Below, one piece after another: positions 26,538 through 36,732 of a DNA stretch of 64,000 nt. A program made the translations under genes and the position numbers. Each line of letters begins with the position of its first letter. Within the stretch, counting starts at the first letter, position 1. Source of the stretch: Candidatus Latescibacterota bacterium (GTDB lineage: Bacteria > Latescibacterota > UBA2968 > UBA8231); the NCBI GenBank assembly GCA_965203175.1, contig OZ241867.1, forward strand, positions 3,840,001 to 3,904,000. Direction: 5' to 3'. The notes under the pieces were generated by a model. It was given only the letters and a program-made list of their open reading frames with translations. It ran no database searches and was not told the DNA's origin.

Positions 26538-28742
26538 TCAATAGGCCACGCCTATGAGGCCGCTCGCCCCGGCCTTGCCGCCGTCGGTGTCCAAATCAAT
26601 GTTGAAAATGTAGAGGCCAGGCGGTACGGTGTTTCCCCGGCCATCTGTGCCGTCCCACGTTCTAGTAAAGCGACCACTCTGGTCGATCCCGCGATAGACT
26701 TCCCGCACCATGCTGCCGGACAAGTCGTATATCCGCAGACCCACATTGGCCCCACTGATGAGATCGGTTATATCAAAGTGTATCTGCGCACTATCGTTGA
26801 TCTGATCCCCATTGGGCGTAAAGACTGTTGGTACGGCGTTGACGTTGATCAGCAAGTCACCCTTTTTCGCCACTTGGACCACTAGATTTCCCGGGTCGCG
26901 GATGAGTGAGGCATTGGAACTTTCTTGGGTCAGGGCAAAGACATTGCCTCCCACCACCCGTTGCGGCACTTCGCCGGGGGTTTCAGACAACGCCAAGGAG
27001 GAAAAGGCGGTTCCAGTCCGCAGTACCACGCATTGGAAGACCACATCCAAGGCAGTCATCTGTCCCGCTTCTATGCGGCTGTTTTCCACTGTGGGGAAGC
27101 TGATCTGGAAGCGATTTTCCTCTACCAAATCAATGCGGAAATCTCCGCGTTCTACCGGGAGGTCGCTCAGGTCTGAGTCCGAGAAATTCTGTTCGAGGCG
27201 GGATCCATCCGGCAGCGACATCCCAATCCGATCTACTGCGTCCACCTTTACGGGTGTGCTGATTTCGACGGAACTGAAGCCTTGATCGATTTCGGGCCGT
27301 ATATCGGGAACAAGCACTAGGGAAAACTCTGTTTTTTGACCCAGGTCCGCCTGACGCGGGGTGATTTCTCCCACGATCTCTGAGGCCAGTACCGGGCTAG
27401 AAAAATCGAAAGACAGCGAACCGATGCCCTTGGCTGAAAAGAGATCTTCACTCAAATAGTCCACCTTGAACTGAAAGTAGCGTCTTGGACCGGGAGACAC
27501 GATTGGCACCCCGCCCATCCCAGCGGATACATTATCAGCGCTAGTTATACCCGCGCTCGCATAGGGCGGAGACCAAGCGCTCCAGTTTTCCAAGTCGTCC
27601 CGCACCGAACCTCTATTGCCCGACCTCAGTTTTTTGTATTCGGCTTGGGTCAGCGATATCTCATTCTTCCTATCGAGAGGGAGGTCTTTGTATAGCAGCC
27701 GGGCCCGCTTTATGTCGAGATCGGGCGAGTCGAGTTGGCTAACGATTTCCCTCGCTTGACTGCCTTCGTCGAATTCCTCGGCCGTCTTCCAAGGCACTTC
27801 AGCTCCGTCGAGATCGCTGCGGAGGCGATTGAACACGACTGGAGAATCGTCAAAGCCGCTCCTAGTACTGATGGGCACTTGGGAGCGGATGGGGTCGCCC
27901 TGGCTTTCCTCCTCCCAGCGCAAATTTCCCCAAAGGGCTAAATTTTCTCCCAGATCGAATACATCTGAATGATACTCTGCCGTGGGCACGAAGCCTTCGC
28001 CGAAAACTTGGAACTCGCCTATTTCAAAGCCCACTGTGGTCTGGGACTTTAGCTGGAGGTAGCGCACATACTGGGGCTCTATCTGCACATCCACTACTGG
28101 CTGATCGTTCTGCAGTACGAGCAGAATGCTGGTAAATACCGGCAAGCCAGCGGCTAGTGTCTCTCGTGTGCCGTCGTTAAGAAAAAGCTCATAGGCCCTC
28201 ATGTAATCGTCCTGAAAGGGAAAATCAGGAGCGAGAAAGTCTGGATCGGCGTTCCTGGGGAAGAAGCGGATGCGACTCACACCAAATCGCGCTCCTAGGT
28301 CGAACTGGAGGACCACGCCCAGCGCCCGGACATTCTGACCAGGGGAACTTTTCCTTTCAAAGGCCGAGCTGGCATTATTGTCTATCATTTTCAACAGATC
28401 TTTGCTCAGATCTGCGAGAACAGTGGGCGCGGTTACGGACCCGCCTCGGTCCAGCAGTTGCAAGGCGATGTTGTCAGTTTGGTCGGCCTTTTCGGGAAAA
28501 ATCCATCCCTCCCGCGCAGAAAAGTCGATAATCCCTCCAGGTACGTTTTCGTTGGTCACCTCTTGGGGGCCTAAGATGATTATCGGATCTATACCACCTC
28601 CACCGTCCTGCCAAGGTCGGCCTTCCGCTCCACCGAGAATGATTAACTCCTTGGTTTCCCCAATACCCACAGACCCGTAGGCGGAGAGCAAAATCCCTAT
28701 AATCAGATATGAGCGTAAATTCGAGCTAAAATCCACTTGCAT
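26538..28742 (-). CDS. Secreted discoidin-like/FlgD-Ig family protein (~734 aa)
   Basis: FDLGARFGVSRIRFFP, EIGEFQVFGEGF, WSAWSPPY, SPGPRRYFQ, FTPNGDQIND, IYDLSG, WDGTD..G..VPPGLY; ends GVAY. Confidence 0.8.
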   Translation of the reverse strand: MQVDFSSNLRSYLIIGILLSAYGSVGIGETKELIILGGAEGRPWQDGGGGIDPIIILGPQEVTNENVPGGIIDFSAREGWIFPEKADQTDNIALQLLDRGGSVTAPTVLADLSKDLLKMIDNNASSAFERKSSPGQNVRALGVVLQFDLGARFGVSRIRFFPRNADPDFLAPDFPFQDDYMRAYELFLNDGTRETLAAGLPVFTSILLVLQNDQPVVDVQIEPQYVRYLQLKSQTTVGFEIGEFQVFGEGFVPTAEYHSDVFDLGENLALWGNLRWEEESQGDPIRSQVPISTRSGFDDSPVVFNRLRSDLDGAEVPWKTAEEFDEGSQAREIVSQLDSPDLDIKRARLLYKDLPLDRKNEISLTQAEYKKLRSGNRGSVRDDLENWSAWSPPYASAGITSADNVSAGMGGVPIVSPGPRRYFQFKVDYLSEDLFSAKGIGSLSFDFSSPVLASEIVGEITPRQADLGQKTEFSLVLVPDIRPEIDQGFSSVEISTPVKVDAVDRIGMSLPDGSRLEQNFSDSDLSDLPVERGDFRIDLVEENRFQISFPTVENSRIEAGQMTALDVVFQCVVLRTGTAFSSLALSETPGEVPQRVVGGNVFALTQESSNASLIRDPGNLVVQVAKKGDLLINVNAVPTVFTPNGDQINDSAQIHFDITDLISGANVGLRIYDLSGSMVREVYRGIDQSGRFTRTWDGTDGRGNTVPPGLYIFNIDLDTDGGKAGASGLIGVAY

Positions 28743-28774
28743 CGGAGTCCTAACCTCCAATTGGATTCATATCC

Positions 28775-29960
28775 CTAGTAGGCGACATGTAATGGTTTTA
28801 CGGCCTCGACCGTTTGATGGTCGGCCTCGACAGAGACGCGGTATAGATACAGCCCCGGCGGCACCAGCCGCCCCGACTCGTCCAGACCATCCCACGTCCG
28901 CTCATAGACACCAACCCCATCCAAGCCCTCATACACCTGACGCACCAGCCGCCCCGACAAATCCCACACCGCCACTACCACCCAGGACGGACTCGTCAAC
29001 TCCACCAAGCTATACCCCAAGCCCACTACATCGTTGTGCGCATCCCCGTTGGGCGTCAAAACCGTTGGTCCGGCCTCTATCTGCAGCACGTTTTGATGTT
29101 GCGCGCGGGTGGCTACCCACACCCGATTGTCCTCATAGGCCGGGGTAGCATCGCCTTCCTGCACGCTCTGGGGCACCTCCAACGGTAGGGCACTGTCCCA
29201 CACTCGCATTGAAAAAGCCGAGCCATAGCGCAATACCTCCGCCTCGAAGAGCACCTCGACCAAAGCACCCGAATCCTGAGCTGTCAGCCGAGGGATACTC
29301 ACGACCACTCGGTGTGGCTCGGCCGCTTCCACGGCATAATCTACCGGCTCATCGCCGATGCGCACTTGGCTTACGGGACCTAGCCGCGCCACGGTGGCCA
29401 CCTCCAATCGGTCAAAGCCGCCACTATCCACCCCAATGGTGGGTCGCATCACATAGGTAAACTGCTGCGGCTGTCCCACCTTTACTTCGACCGGCCAGAC
29501 CTCGCCGACCAACTGCGTGGCCACCGGTGGGGAAGCGCGTACTTCGAGAAAGTCCACCTGCCCACCATCGTCGTCTTGGGGCAGAAAATCGACCCTAAGT
29601 TGGAGGTAGCGTCTTGGACTCAGCGACACCACGGGGGTGCCACTGCTGTCGGTAAAGGCATAGGGGGACGACCAGAACGTCCAGTTGGCTCGATCGTAGC
29701 CGATACCAGCTTTTTCACCGATAGCTAGCTTGGCGTAGTCGGTTCGGCTGACGGATATTTTTTCGTCGCCTCGTCCGGTGAAGCGCCAGAACAGGTTGGG
29801 GTCTTCGTCTTGTCCAGATCGGGATTGGATGAGGACGCGGGCTTTGGGGTCTTGTCGTCCGGCCCAGCGCAGGTTGCCCCAGGCCATCGGCTGACCAAAA
29901 TCGAGAATATTGGAGATATAAGTCGATTGTTCGACAAAGCCTTTGGCGTAGACTTCTATC
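28775..29960. repeat. Constant 3' region, near-identical at DNA level to about 40677-41860 and similar to 42711-43895 and 44625-45810
   Basis: Long identical runs seen by eye, e.g. tataccccaagcccactacatcgttgtgcgcatccccgttgggcgtcaaaac at about 29011 and 40913. Confidence 0.9.
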
Positions 29961-30679
29961 TCGTTGACTTCCCAGTCCTCGTTGTGCTCGCCGATAGTGA
30001 CTTGAACAAAACTCGCTCTATCGTGCGGTGGGATGGGGATATCGAGGATCTGCTCTCGATTGTCGCGCACCTCGACGATCCAAGGCGAATAGGGGCGGGG
30101 GTGCTGGTAAACAGCTTGGCTTGGCTGCTCTTCGTTGAGGTGGATGCGAACGTTCTGTGCTATTCTGCTCGGATCGGTCAACCCGGATATAATCCGAATC
30201 CGGTCGATGAGATGAAGAACCCCCAGATTGAGATTTGCCGTGCCCGGAGTGCCGAAATCGTCGGTGCAGCTAAGGAAGTAATTCCTTTCCTCGAATTCGG
30301 AGCACAGATATCGTTCTGCTAACCAGAAAGTGGTGGTGTCCCCATCCCATACCTGCCCGTTCGTTTGCTTTCTGATATGGCTTCCCCCTTTTTCTTCAAT
30401 TCCGGGGGCTATATTGAAGGTAGGATCTCGTTTTAGAGCCCGAATGGCGGCGGCGTCTATATCCAGTTCGATGGTCTCTCCGCCTAGGGAAGGATCGAGA
30501 TCGGTCCAACTCAACTGGATAAATTCCACCTCTTCACTGTCTACTTCTGGAGGTGGATCCAGCGTTTCGCCACCAAAGCGGTAGATGACCAGCCCAGAGG
30601 CCTCGTCTGCCAAAAAACCGACCCAAAAACAGAAAGGCCAGATCAGGGTACAAAAGAATGGAGCCGTCCTCATTGACAT
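28775..30679 (-). CDS. Secreted discoidin-like/FlgD-Ig protein, variable-loop subfamily copy A (634 aa)
   Basis: Signal peptide; WDGD...W, IDRIRI, WEVNEIEVY; LTPNGDAHND, WDLSGR, VPPGLYLY; close paralogue of the 40677-46511 trio. Confidence 0.85.
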   Translation of the reverse strand: MSMRTAPFFCTLIWPFCFWVGFLADEASGLVIYRFGGETLDPPPEVDSEEVEFIQLSWTDLDPSLGGETIELDIDAAAIRALKRDPTFNIAPGIEEKGGSHIRKQTNGQVWDGDTTTFWLAERYLCSEFEERNYFLSCTDDFGTPGTANLNLGVLHLIDRIRIISGLTDPSRIAQNVRIHLNEEQPSQAVYQHPRPYSPWIVEVRDNREQILDIPIPPHDRASFVQVTIGEHNEDWEVNEIEVYAKGFVEQSTYISNILDFGQPMAWGNLRWAGRQDPKARVLIQSRSGQDEDPNLFWRFTGRGDEKISVSRTDYAKLAIGEKAGIGYDRANWTFWSSPYAFTDSSGTPVVSLSPRRYLQLRVDFLPQDDDGGQVDFLEVRASPPVATQLVGEVWPVEVKVGQPQQFTYVMRPTIGVDSGGFDRLEVATVARLGPVSQVRIGDEPVDYAVEAAEPHRVVVSIPRLTAQDSGALVEVLFEAEVLRYGSAFSMRVWDSALPLEVPQSVQEGDATPAYEDNRVWVATRAQHQNVLQIEAGPTVLTPNGDAHNDVVGLGYSLVELTSPSWVVVAVWDLSGRLVRQVYEGLDGVGVYERTWDGLDESGRLVPPGLYLYRVSVEADHQTVEAVKPLHVAY

Positions 30680-30717
30680 GTACCTCGCAAATCCTGGACG
30701 CCGGTCTTACGCATCCC

Positions 30718-33288
30718 TCAGTACGCTACATGGACCACCCGCTGCACAAAAGTGTTATCGGCCGAGCCAGAATCCACATCCACCTTTACCCTAGCCAAGT
30801 ATATCCCCGGAGGAACCGGCTCGCCCAAATGATCCTTGCCATCCCAGCGAAAAGTATAATTCCCGCGAGGATCTGGCCGGCGTTCTTCTATCCGATTGGC
30901 CTCAACCCCACTCAGATCGTAAACGGTCAGAGTCACTGGTCTCTCAGCACCCACCCGCGCTACGCCAAAGCTGACTACTAGCTCATCATTGACGCCGTCC
31001 CCATTGGGCGTGAATACCCGCGACCCCAGTCTGAAATCCCTAATAATTTCGTCCCCGCTGAGTGCTAGGACGGTGACGGTCTGGCTGCTGACCAGTTCCG
31101 TAGGATCGCCCTCGTCAACTCGCTGCCAGAATCCAGGTACGGCGGAATTCTGTACCAGGGCTCTAAAGGAGGCACTGTTGCCGAATATGGTAGCGCGAAA
31201 CCGGACCTGAACTAGTTCCGTTCCGCGGTCAATTTTCTCGTCCAAGCGCAACATGAGGGAGTCGGCAGGCGTATCGATCAGAGTCAGATCAGCTGGTGCG
31301 TAGTTGGTGGTTTGTCCGTTGGCGAAATCATCCTTACTTCCCGTCCGGACTTCAAGCAACTCCATCTCAGTACCCGCCGTGGCCTCTAAGCTGATCTCGT
31401 CGAAACCTTGGCCTGTCGCAGTGAAATCAGGCCGGATGAAGTAAGAGAATTCCTCAGGGGTGCCCACGGTCTCAATCCGGGTGGGCCATACTTCTCCCAC
31501 CAGCCGATCAGCAACGGGATCTGAGGTGTTGATGGCAATGGAGCGGAGGGTGGCACCCGCGTCCGCCCTGTCCGAGAGCAATATGAGCCGAAGTTCCATA
31601 TACTGTCTAGGACTGGGGGATTTGATCGCTTCCCCGGACTGAGTGTTCGGCACGCTCCACGTGCTCCAATCGTCACCCGGTTTGAATGTGCTGGTGATAT
31701 CGCCCTTTTTGGACTTAGGCAGCTTGTTGTAGCGCTTCTCGGTGACTACTTTGCCATTGGAATCGTGGTAGATTTTCTCTTCTATCAGCTCATTGCCTGT
31801 CCGGGTCTGCAGTTGGACCTGGGTCCCGGCCGGTGTATCCGCCTCCCACTCTACGGAAATCAGGTTCTTAGGTTCGTTAAATTGGATTAGATCCGAGGTC
31901 AGCGATACTTCCGCCACAAAGCCCTCGCCATAGAGCATCACTTCCGTAAAAGCTATGTAGCTGAGCGAACTCAATGGATTCTGGAACGGCGAGCGGATAA
32001 AGCGGATCTTGGAAGGCTCAAGCTGAATTTCGCGAAATCGCAAGCCACGAGAAGAGGTATGACCAAAAGCGTCCCTAGAGGTACTTTGACCCACCCGAGT
32101 CCATTTGATGCTGCCATCTGGTGCCCGGGTACCATCGGAGACATCGACGTAAAGTTCGTTGATCGGCGAGGCTCCGTCGGTGAGAAAATGCATGGTATCG
32201 ATCCAGAATAGAGCCCCTAAATCCTCGAAGTAATCATAGTCGCGATAGCCGAAAATCGACCCATTAACACCCGTGCTGTAGTTGCCGTCGCTAACGGCAG
32301 TCCCAATGTCCTTAACGCCGGCATTGTCCTCGATCGTCACCTGTCCTCCCCGCTCCACCACACCCATGTTGACATTGTCTCCCTCCGTCACGACCTCGAT
32401 CTCGGCGATTCTGGGAATTTCCCTCCGGTAGTAGCGGATCGGGCCTTGGCGTTCGGGATCAATGCTGTCGTATTCCCCTTGTGAAATCAGAGTTTCCCGG
32501 CCAGACCGTTCTTTCCGATAGAATTCGATAGCGCCTTGCTGTTGTGTCGGCAGATTATCGTACTCCTGCTCAGTCAATTCTTCGGCCTTGGTCGAATCAC
32601 TATTGATGGCAATTATTAGAATGCGCTCGAGCGGATCGCCCTTGAAGAGCAGATCCGATCCTTCAGTCGGACGGGGTTCAAATTCGAATACGCGCTGTGT
32701 CTTGTTGGGCTTTTCGGTCCGGCCGATTTCCCAGAAGTTGGGGACGTTGGTCTTGGGCTCGTCGAGATAGTAGCCCGAAACTGAGCGCGGTGGGGGTTGC
32801 CGCCAGCCCAGCACCTTGAACTGCAGGAAGGGATCTCCCTCTCCTTCTTGGGCAAAGCGTATGACGATTTTTTTGACGACCACTATGCGGCCAAGATTCA
32901 CCTCTGTCCACCAATCTTCCAGAGGGCTTTCGGGATTGGGACCCCACATGGTCTGCAGGTCGCCATCTATCAGGTTGTTCACCGTATTGGTACCGGAGCC
33001 TGCTATCACTCCCCCCTCGCCGGTAGTGGAAAATTGCGTCGCGTTCTGAGCCGCGTTGACCTCTTTCCGTATAAAGGAAGGCCGCACCGTATTGTCGGCC
33101 CTGGAAATATCCAGAAGACTCGACGCCCCTTTCCACGCCTGCCAGTGGGCTGCTCGGTTAATCAGGACTTGATTGCCGCGAATAGCGTGGCCCTGCTGCG
33201 ACCAGGCTTGGAGGGGAAAAACCAGCAGGGTACTGATCCACACCAAGCGGGGGATACCTAGACGACAGGAGATCGAGTCAACTATCAT
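30718..33288 (-). CDS. Secreted protein with two discoidin-like domains and C-terminal FlgD-Ig domain (~856 aa)
   Basis: NLIDGD..TMW...EVNLGR and SDGNYST...DLGALFWID; WSTWS, SPSPRQY, FTPNGDGVND, WDGKD..G..VPPGIY; ends HVAY. Confidence 0.8.
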   Translation of the reverse strand: MIVDSISCRLGIPRLVWISTLLVFPLQAWSQQGHAIRGNQVLINRAAHWQAWKGASSLLDISRADNTVRPSFIRKEVNAAQNATQFSTTGEGGVIAGSGTNTVNNLIDGDLQTMWGPNPESPLEDWWTEVNLGRIVVVKKIVIRFAQEGEGDPFLQFKVLGWRQPPPRSVSGYYLDEPKTNVPNFWEIGRTEKPNKTQRVFEFEPRPTEGSDLLFKGDPLERILIIAINSDSTKAEELTEQEYDNLPTQQQGAIEFYRKERSGRETLISQGEYDSIDPERQGPIRYYRREIPRIAEIEVVTEGDNVNMGVVERGGQVTIEDNAGVKDIGTAVSDGNYSTGVNGSIFGYRDYDYFEDLGALFWIDTMHFLTDGASPINELYVDVSDGTRAPDGSIKWTRVGQSTSRDAFGHTSSRGLRFREIQLEPSKIRFIRSPFQNPLSSLSYIAFTEVMLYGEGFVAEVSLTSDLIQFNEPKNLISVEWEADTPAGTQVQLQTRTGNELIEEKIYHDSNGKVVTEKRYNKLPKSKKGDITSTFKPGDDWSTWSVPNTQSGEAIKSPSPRQYMELRLILLSDRADAGATLRSIAINTSDPVADRLVGEVWPTRIETVGTPEEFSYFIRPDFTATGQGFDEISLEATAGTEMELLEVRTGSKDDFANGQTTNYAPADLTLIDTPADSLMLRLDEKIDRGTELVQVRFRATIFGNSASFRALVQNSAVPGFWQRVDEGDPTELVSSQTVTVLALSGDEIIRDFRLGSRVFTPNGDGVNDELVVSFGVARVGAERPVTLTVYDLSGVEANRIEERRPDPRGNYTFRWDGKDHLGEPVPPGIYLARVKVDVDSGSADNTFVQRVVHVAY

Positions 33289-33344
33289 GATGGCCCCTCC
33301 AGGATGCAAACTTGTCGAGTGGTTAAACGGCTCTTAGATGCTAA

Positions 33345-33384
33345 AACACAAAGAGGGGATATCGAAATATCCCCTCTTTGTGTT
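33345..33384 (-). terminator. Strong hairpin (18-bp stem, UUCG loop on minus strand) after the second WGRIK gene
   Basis: aacacaaagaggggatat-cgaa-atatcccctctttgtgtt; short T tail on minus strand. Confidence 0.8.
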
Positions 33385-33397
33385 GGAAAAACTGGAA

Positions 33398-34327
33398 TTA
33401 TTCTTCCAGCAGGTAATGGGACTTAATTCTGCCCCACGAGTCGTTTTCTACAGCGGTGGGGAACAGCTCTTCATCGACCTCCAGCAGTTCCATGTCGCCC
33501 ATGAGGTTGGCATTGCGCCAGACATTGTGAACAGCCGGAAAATCGTAGGAGCCCTCGTAGCTGGAGTCCAAGTCGTAGTCTTTAGACAGGGAGCCGACGT
33601 GGATGATATTGCCTACTTCCAAGTCGACGATTGTGCTTTGCTCAGGACCATCCCAACTCCAAGTTTCCCACGGGGTCATCATGATCTCGTAGGAATAAGT
33701 ACCCGGACCACCAGTCTCGCCGGTGCGGGCCCAGCCCACTTGGGCGTACTCGGGGAAGGGGATCTCGCGGCCAGTGGTCTCCCAGTCGGTTGCCTCGATG
33801 TATTTGAAAGCCCAGTACCCATCGATGGGCGGCACGTGAATCTGCCACAGTTGGCCCGTGGTGAAAAACAAATCCCGGCGCTCGTCTTCGGACAAATCGT
33901 TCCAATCGCCGTTAAACATATCGCCACCGCTGTGGTCGGCGTCGAGCACGAAGTGCCAGTCGTCATCCCAGTTGAAGACGGTGGGGTCGTCGCGGTCGTT
34001 GTTGAGATTATCGTCAACCACAAAGGCAAAGGAGAAAACCCGGTTCATTTCCTCGTTCCAGGCCCATACGCTCCTAGCGTTGAAATCCGACAGCTCGCCG
34101 CTGTCAGTCCCGCGCACGGTTTCTACGATGTGGCCTCCTTCCACCGAGATCTCGAAGATATCTGGATCTACCATATCCCAGTCGCTTAGATCGCCGTCGA
34201 TGGTGGGCACGGCGTGAAGCGGGAACTGAAAGGCGAAGTAAACCTCGCCAGGCGGTTCGTGAGCCGAGCCGATACTAGCGCCGGCGACCACGAGCGCTAA
34301 AGCCAGAAAGCAACGAATCAGTTTCAT
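33398..34327 (-). CDS. Secreted CBM9/DOMON-like protein with C-terminal WGRIK motif (309 aa)
   Basis: RBS AGGAGG; signal peptide ...GSA|HEPPG; PTIDGDLSDWD; ends TAVENDSWGRIKSHYLLEE. Confidence 0.8.
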   Translation of the reverse strand: MKLIRCFLALALVVAGASIGSAHEPPGEVYFAFQFPLHAVPTIDGDLSDWDMVDPDIFEISVEGGHIVETVRGTDSGELSDFNARSVWAWNEEMNRVFSFAFVVDDNLNNDRDDPTVFNWDDDWHFVLDADHSGGDMFNGDWNDLSEDERRDLFFTTGQLWQIHVPPIDGYWAFKYIEATDWETTGREIPFPEYAQVGWARTGETGGPGTYSYEIMMTPWETWSWDGPEQSTIVDLEVGNIIHVGSLSKDYDLDSSYEGSYDFPAVHNVWRNANLMGDMELLEVDEELFPTAVENDSWGRIKSHYLLEE

Positions 34328-34518
34328 TACCTTAACCTCCTGTTAGGTGTTGGATTGAAAAGCCGATTCATCTGTCTGCTCAATTTTGTATAAACTACTA
34401 TAAAACTGCCTAGTTATCAGGCTATAAGACCTCCTTTCCCCTGATTGTTTAGACGTTCCTGCTGCGGATACTTAGTTTGGTAATATACGAGCAAAAAGTC
34501 CAAGTACAAAGAAAAATT

Positions 34519-36660
34519 TCAATCCTTTCCCTCCAACTGCTGTATTCGGCCCGCCGATGGATGATTGGGTGCCAACTCTATCCCCTTCTGCCAGTACGCA
34601 CGGGCCTGCTGACGTCGTTCCAAGCGCCACAAGGCCCGGCCTAGATTGAAGTAGGCCGGGGCAAAATCTGGGTGCAACGCGACCAGTTCTTCCCAGGTTT
34701 CCACGGCTTTTTTCAGATTTCCCAAGGAGGCGTACGCCACTCCGAGTTCGTTGTATGCCTCTTGGTACGCTGGTTGCAGGGCTATGGCCTGCTCCAAAAA
34801 GTGCACGGCTTGCTCCAATTGGCCCACTTGAGCATAGGTCCGTCCCATCTGGGTGTAGAGATAGCGTCCCACTTCTAGGCCGATCAATTCCTCGGGTACA
34901 GGCGCAATTTCCAAGGCCCGGTGGTACGCCTGCAAGGCACCCGTCCAATCTTTTTCGGCCCTAGCTTGGTGGCCGTGCAAAACCCGGTGCAGCGCCTCAA
35001 AATAGGAATGGGTTTCTATCCGAACCGAATCTCCACCCATAGAGAGCGTGTCTAGTCGGACGACAGGTCCCGTCCTTTCTACTTGGTCAAATCCCGCAAT
35101 CGGCAAAAAGTACCAGTCCATTCGGTCGAAAATAGCCGATTCCACCTGACCTGGTGAGAAGACTTCCCGCCATTGGCTCGTCTCCAGAAGGAGTTGGAAA
35201 GCGAGCGGTATATCCTCGTCGGGGCACACCGGATGCTGATAGTGGAGGATAACGACTGGGGTACTAACGCTGTCCCGGGCTGTCGGCTGCATCTTCTCCA
35301 CCCTCGTCTCTAGGTACAGGGGCGGCAGATCATCGCGCTGGGCTAGTAGCGCGTACGCCCGCAGTAACGCTTCGCTGCCGTAGCTCTGCAGGTAGTGGGT
35401 CTGCCGCACTTGCACGCGCTCGGGTGTCAGTATCTGGATCTGGCCGCACTTTGAGGGCAATTGGATCAGGTGCTGGTACTGGGGAAGGTGGGCTTGAAGC
35501 CAAGCCTGAGCCTCTATGCGGGTGTCTTGGTCACTGAGTAAGGATCTAGTGCGGAGTGAGGCGTACAGGGGCTCGGCCACTAAGGTCAGGGTGATCAAGC
35601 CACCCACCACAGGGTACTTCCATCCCATTCCGACCAAACGTCCGATGAGCAGGGCCAGTAGGGGAGCAAGGGGTAGGGCATAGCGCATGAAAGTGGAGCC
35701 AGCAAGCACGAGGACTACAGCCAAGGGGACGATGCCAGCCAGCAAGACGAGTTCCTGCCACTGCCGCTGGCGAACGCCCCAGAGCAGGGACAGAGCTACA
35801 ACCACGGCAGCCACCGCGCCCAGACCGTGGCGCAGGGTATAGCGCAGGTGGTAGAGCCAAGCCTGTTCCTCTGTGCTCGACTCGGCCAGCAGGTGGGTTT
35901 GTCCCATATCGGTGAAATGGCTCCAAAACTGCCCGGCGTCGAGCCAGACAAAGGGCGTGGTTAAGGCAAAACTCAACGCAGCCCCACTGACGACCCAGAT
36001 GCTGCGCCTCCATGGACAAGGTCTCTCCAACAAAATCGCCGTGATTACTGGTACCGCTACTAGCACTGCCGGGTACTTAGTCGCCGCGGCTAAGCCAGTG
36101 AAAATGCCCGCGACCAGAAAATCCCGCACGCGCCCATCCTGTCGGGCCCGCACGGCCCACAACAGGGCCATTACCGCCCAGAAAACAGCCGGCGTATCCA
36201 CGATGGCCAGATGGGCAAAACGCACGGCTAGCGGCATGGTCGCTAGGATCAGAGCGGCCAAGAGCCCTTCTCTGACGCCGTAGAGGCGTCGGCCTAGACA
36301 GGCGATAGCTCCTACTGTGGCAACGGCCAGCAGAGTGTTGGCTCCACGCACTAGCGCCAACAAATCGCGACCGTCCACCAGCAAGTGATAGGCCACAAAC
36401 TGCTCCACTGATTCGGCGCTTGTCGCCAGATAGTAGAGCAGGTACAAAAGGGAACTTAGGTAGAAGTGAAAGGTCGGGTAGTTAAAGTAGTGGGGATTGA
36501 GATCTCCGCTCCAGAAACCCAGCGGCAGGACTATAAAAGCGATCTCGTCGAAGTGAGTCCAGGCTGGTGTGGGTACTGGCCAGCGCAGCGCCAGCGCCAG
36601 CAACAGAATGGCACCCGTACCCCATGTGAAGGGGATGCGCCCTGCGTTTTTCTCTGACAT
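34519..36660 (-). CDS. GT-C (PMT/ArnT-like) glycosyltransferase with C-terminal TPRs
   Basis: HFDE, NPHYFNYP, GLAAATKYP, RYALP, DTRIEA; TPR repeats at C-terminus. Confidence 0.85.
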   Translation of the reverse strand: MSEKNAGRIPFTWGTGAILLLALALRWPVPTPAWTHFDEIAFIVLPLGFWSGDLNPHYFNYPTFHFYLSSLLYLLYYLATSAESVEQFVAYHLLVDGRDLLALVRGANTLLAVATVGAIACLGRRLYGVREGLLAALILATMPLAVRFAHLAIVDTPAVFWAVMALLWAVRARQDGRVRDFLVAGIFTGLAAATKYPAVLVAVPVITAILLERPCPWRRSIWVVSGAALSFALTTPFVWLDAGQFWSHFTDMGQTHLLAESSTEEQAWLYHLRYTLRHGLGAVAAVVVALSLLWGVRQRQWQELVLLAGIVPLAVVLVLAGSTFMRYALPLAPLLALLIGRLVGMGWKYPVVGGLITLTLVAEPLYASLRTRSLLSDQDTRIEAQAWLQAHLPQYQHLIQLPSKCGQIQILTPERVQVRQTHYLQSYGSEALLRAYALLAQRDDLPPLYLETRVEKMQPTARDSVSTPVVILHYQHPVCPDEDIPLAFQLLLETSQWREVFSPGQVESAIFDRMDWYFLPIAGFDQVERTGPVVRLDTLSMGGDSVRIETHSYFEALHRVLHGHQARAEKDWTGALQAYHRALEIAPVPEELIGLEVGRYLYTQMGRTYAQVGQLEQAVHFLEQAIALQPAYQEAYNELGVAYASLGNLKKAVETWEELVALHPDFAPAYFNLGRALWRLERRQQARAYWQKGIELAPNHPSAGRIQQLEGKD

Positions 36661-36732
36661 TTGGCGCTTTTCTCGCCTAGACTGGACCAATCATCCGCCC
36701 CTTGTAGGGCGGGGGCGGGGGAGGATTACGAG

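Noticed and set aside
26538-33288. Flagellar hook-capping protein (flgD) annotation
   Set aside because: Only the C-terminal Ig-like domain resembles FlgD; the proteins have Sec signals and no flagellar genes are nearby
33338-34189. 283-aa plus-strand ORF
   Set aside because: Antisense to the WGRIK gene, which has an RBS, signal peptide and paralogue
36695-36712. GC hairpin between PPIase and GT-C genes
   Set aside because: Only a 6-bp stem and no U-tract; too weak to call a terminator
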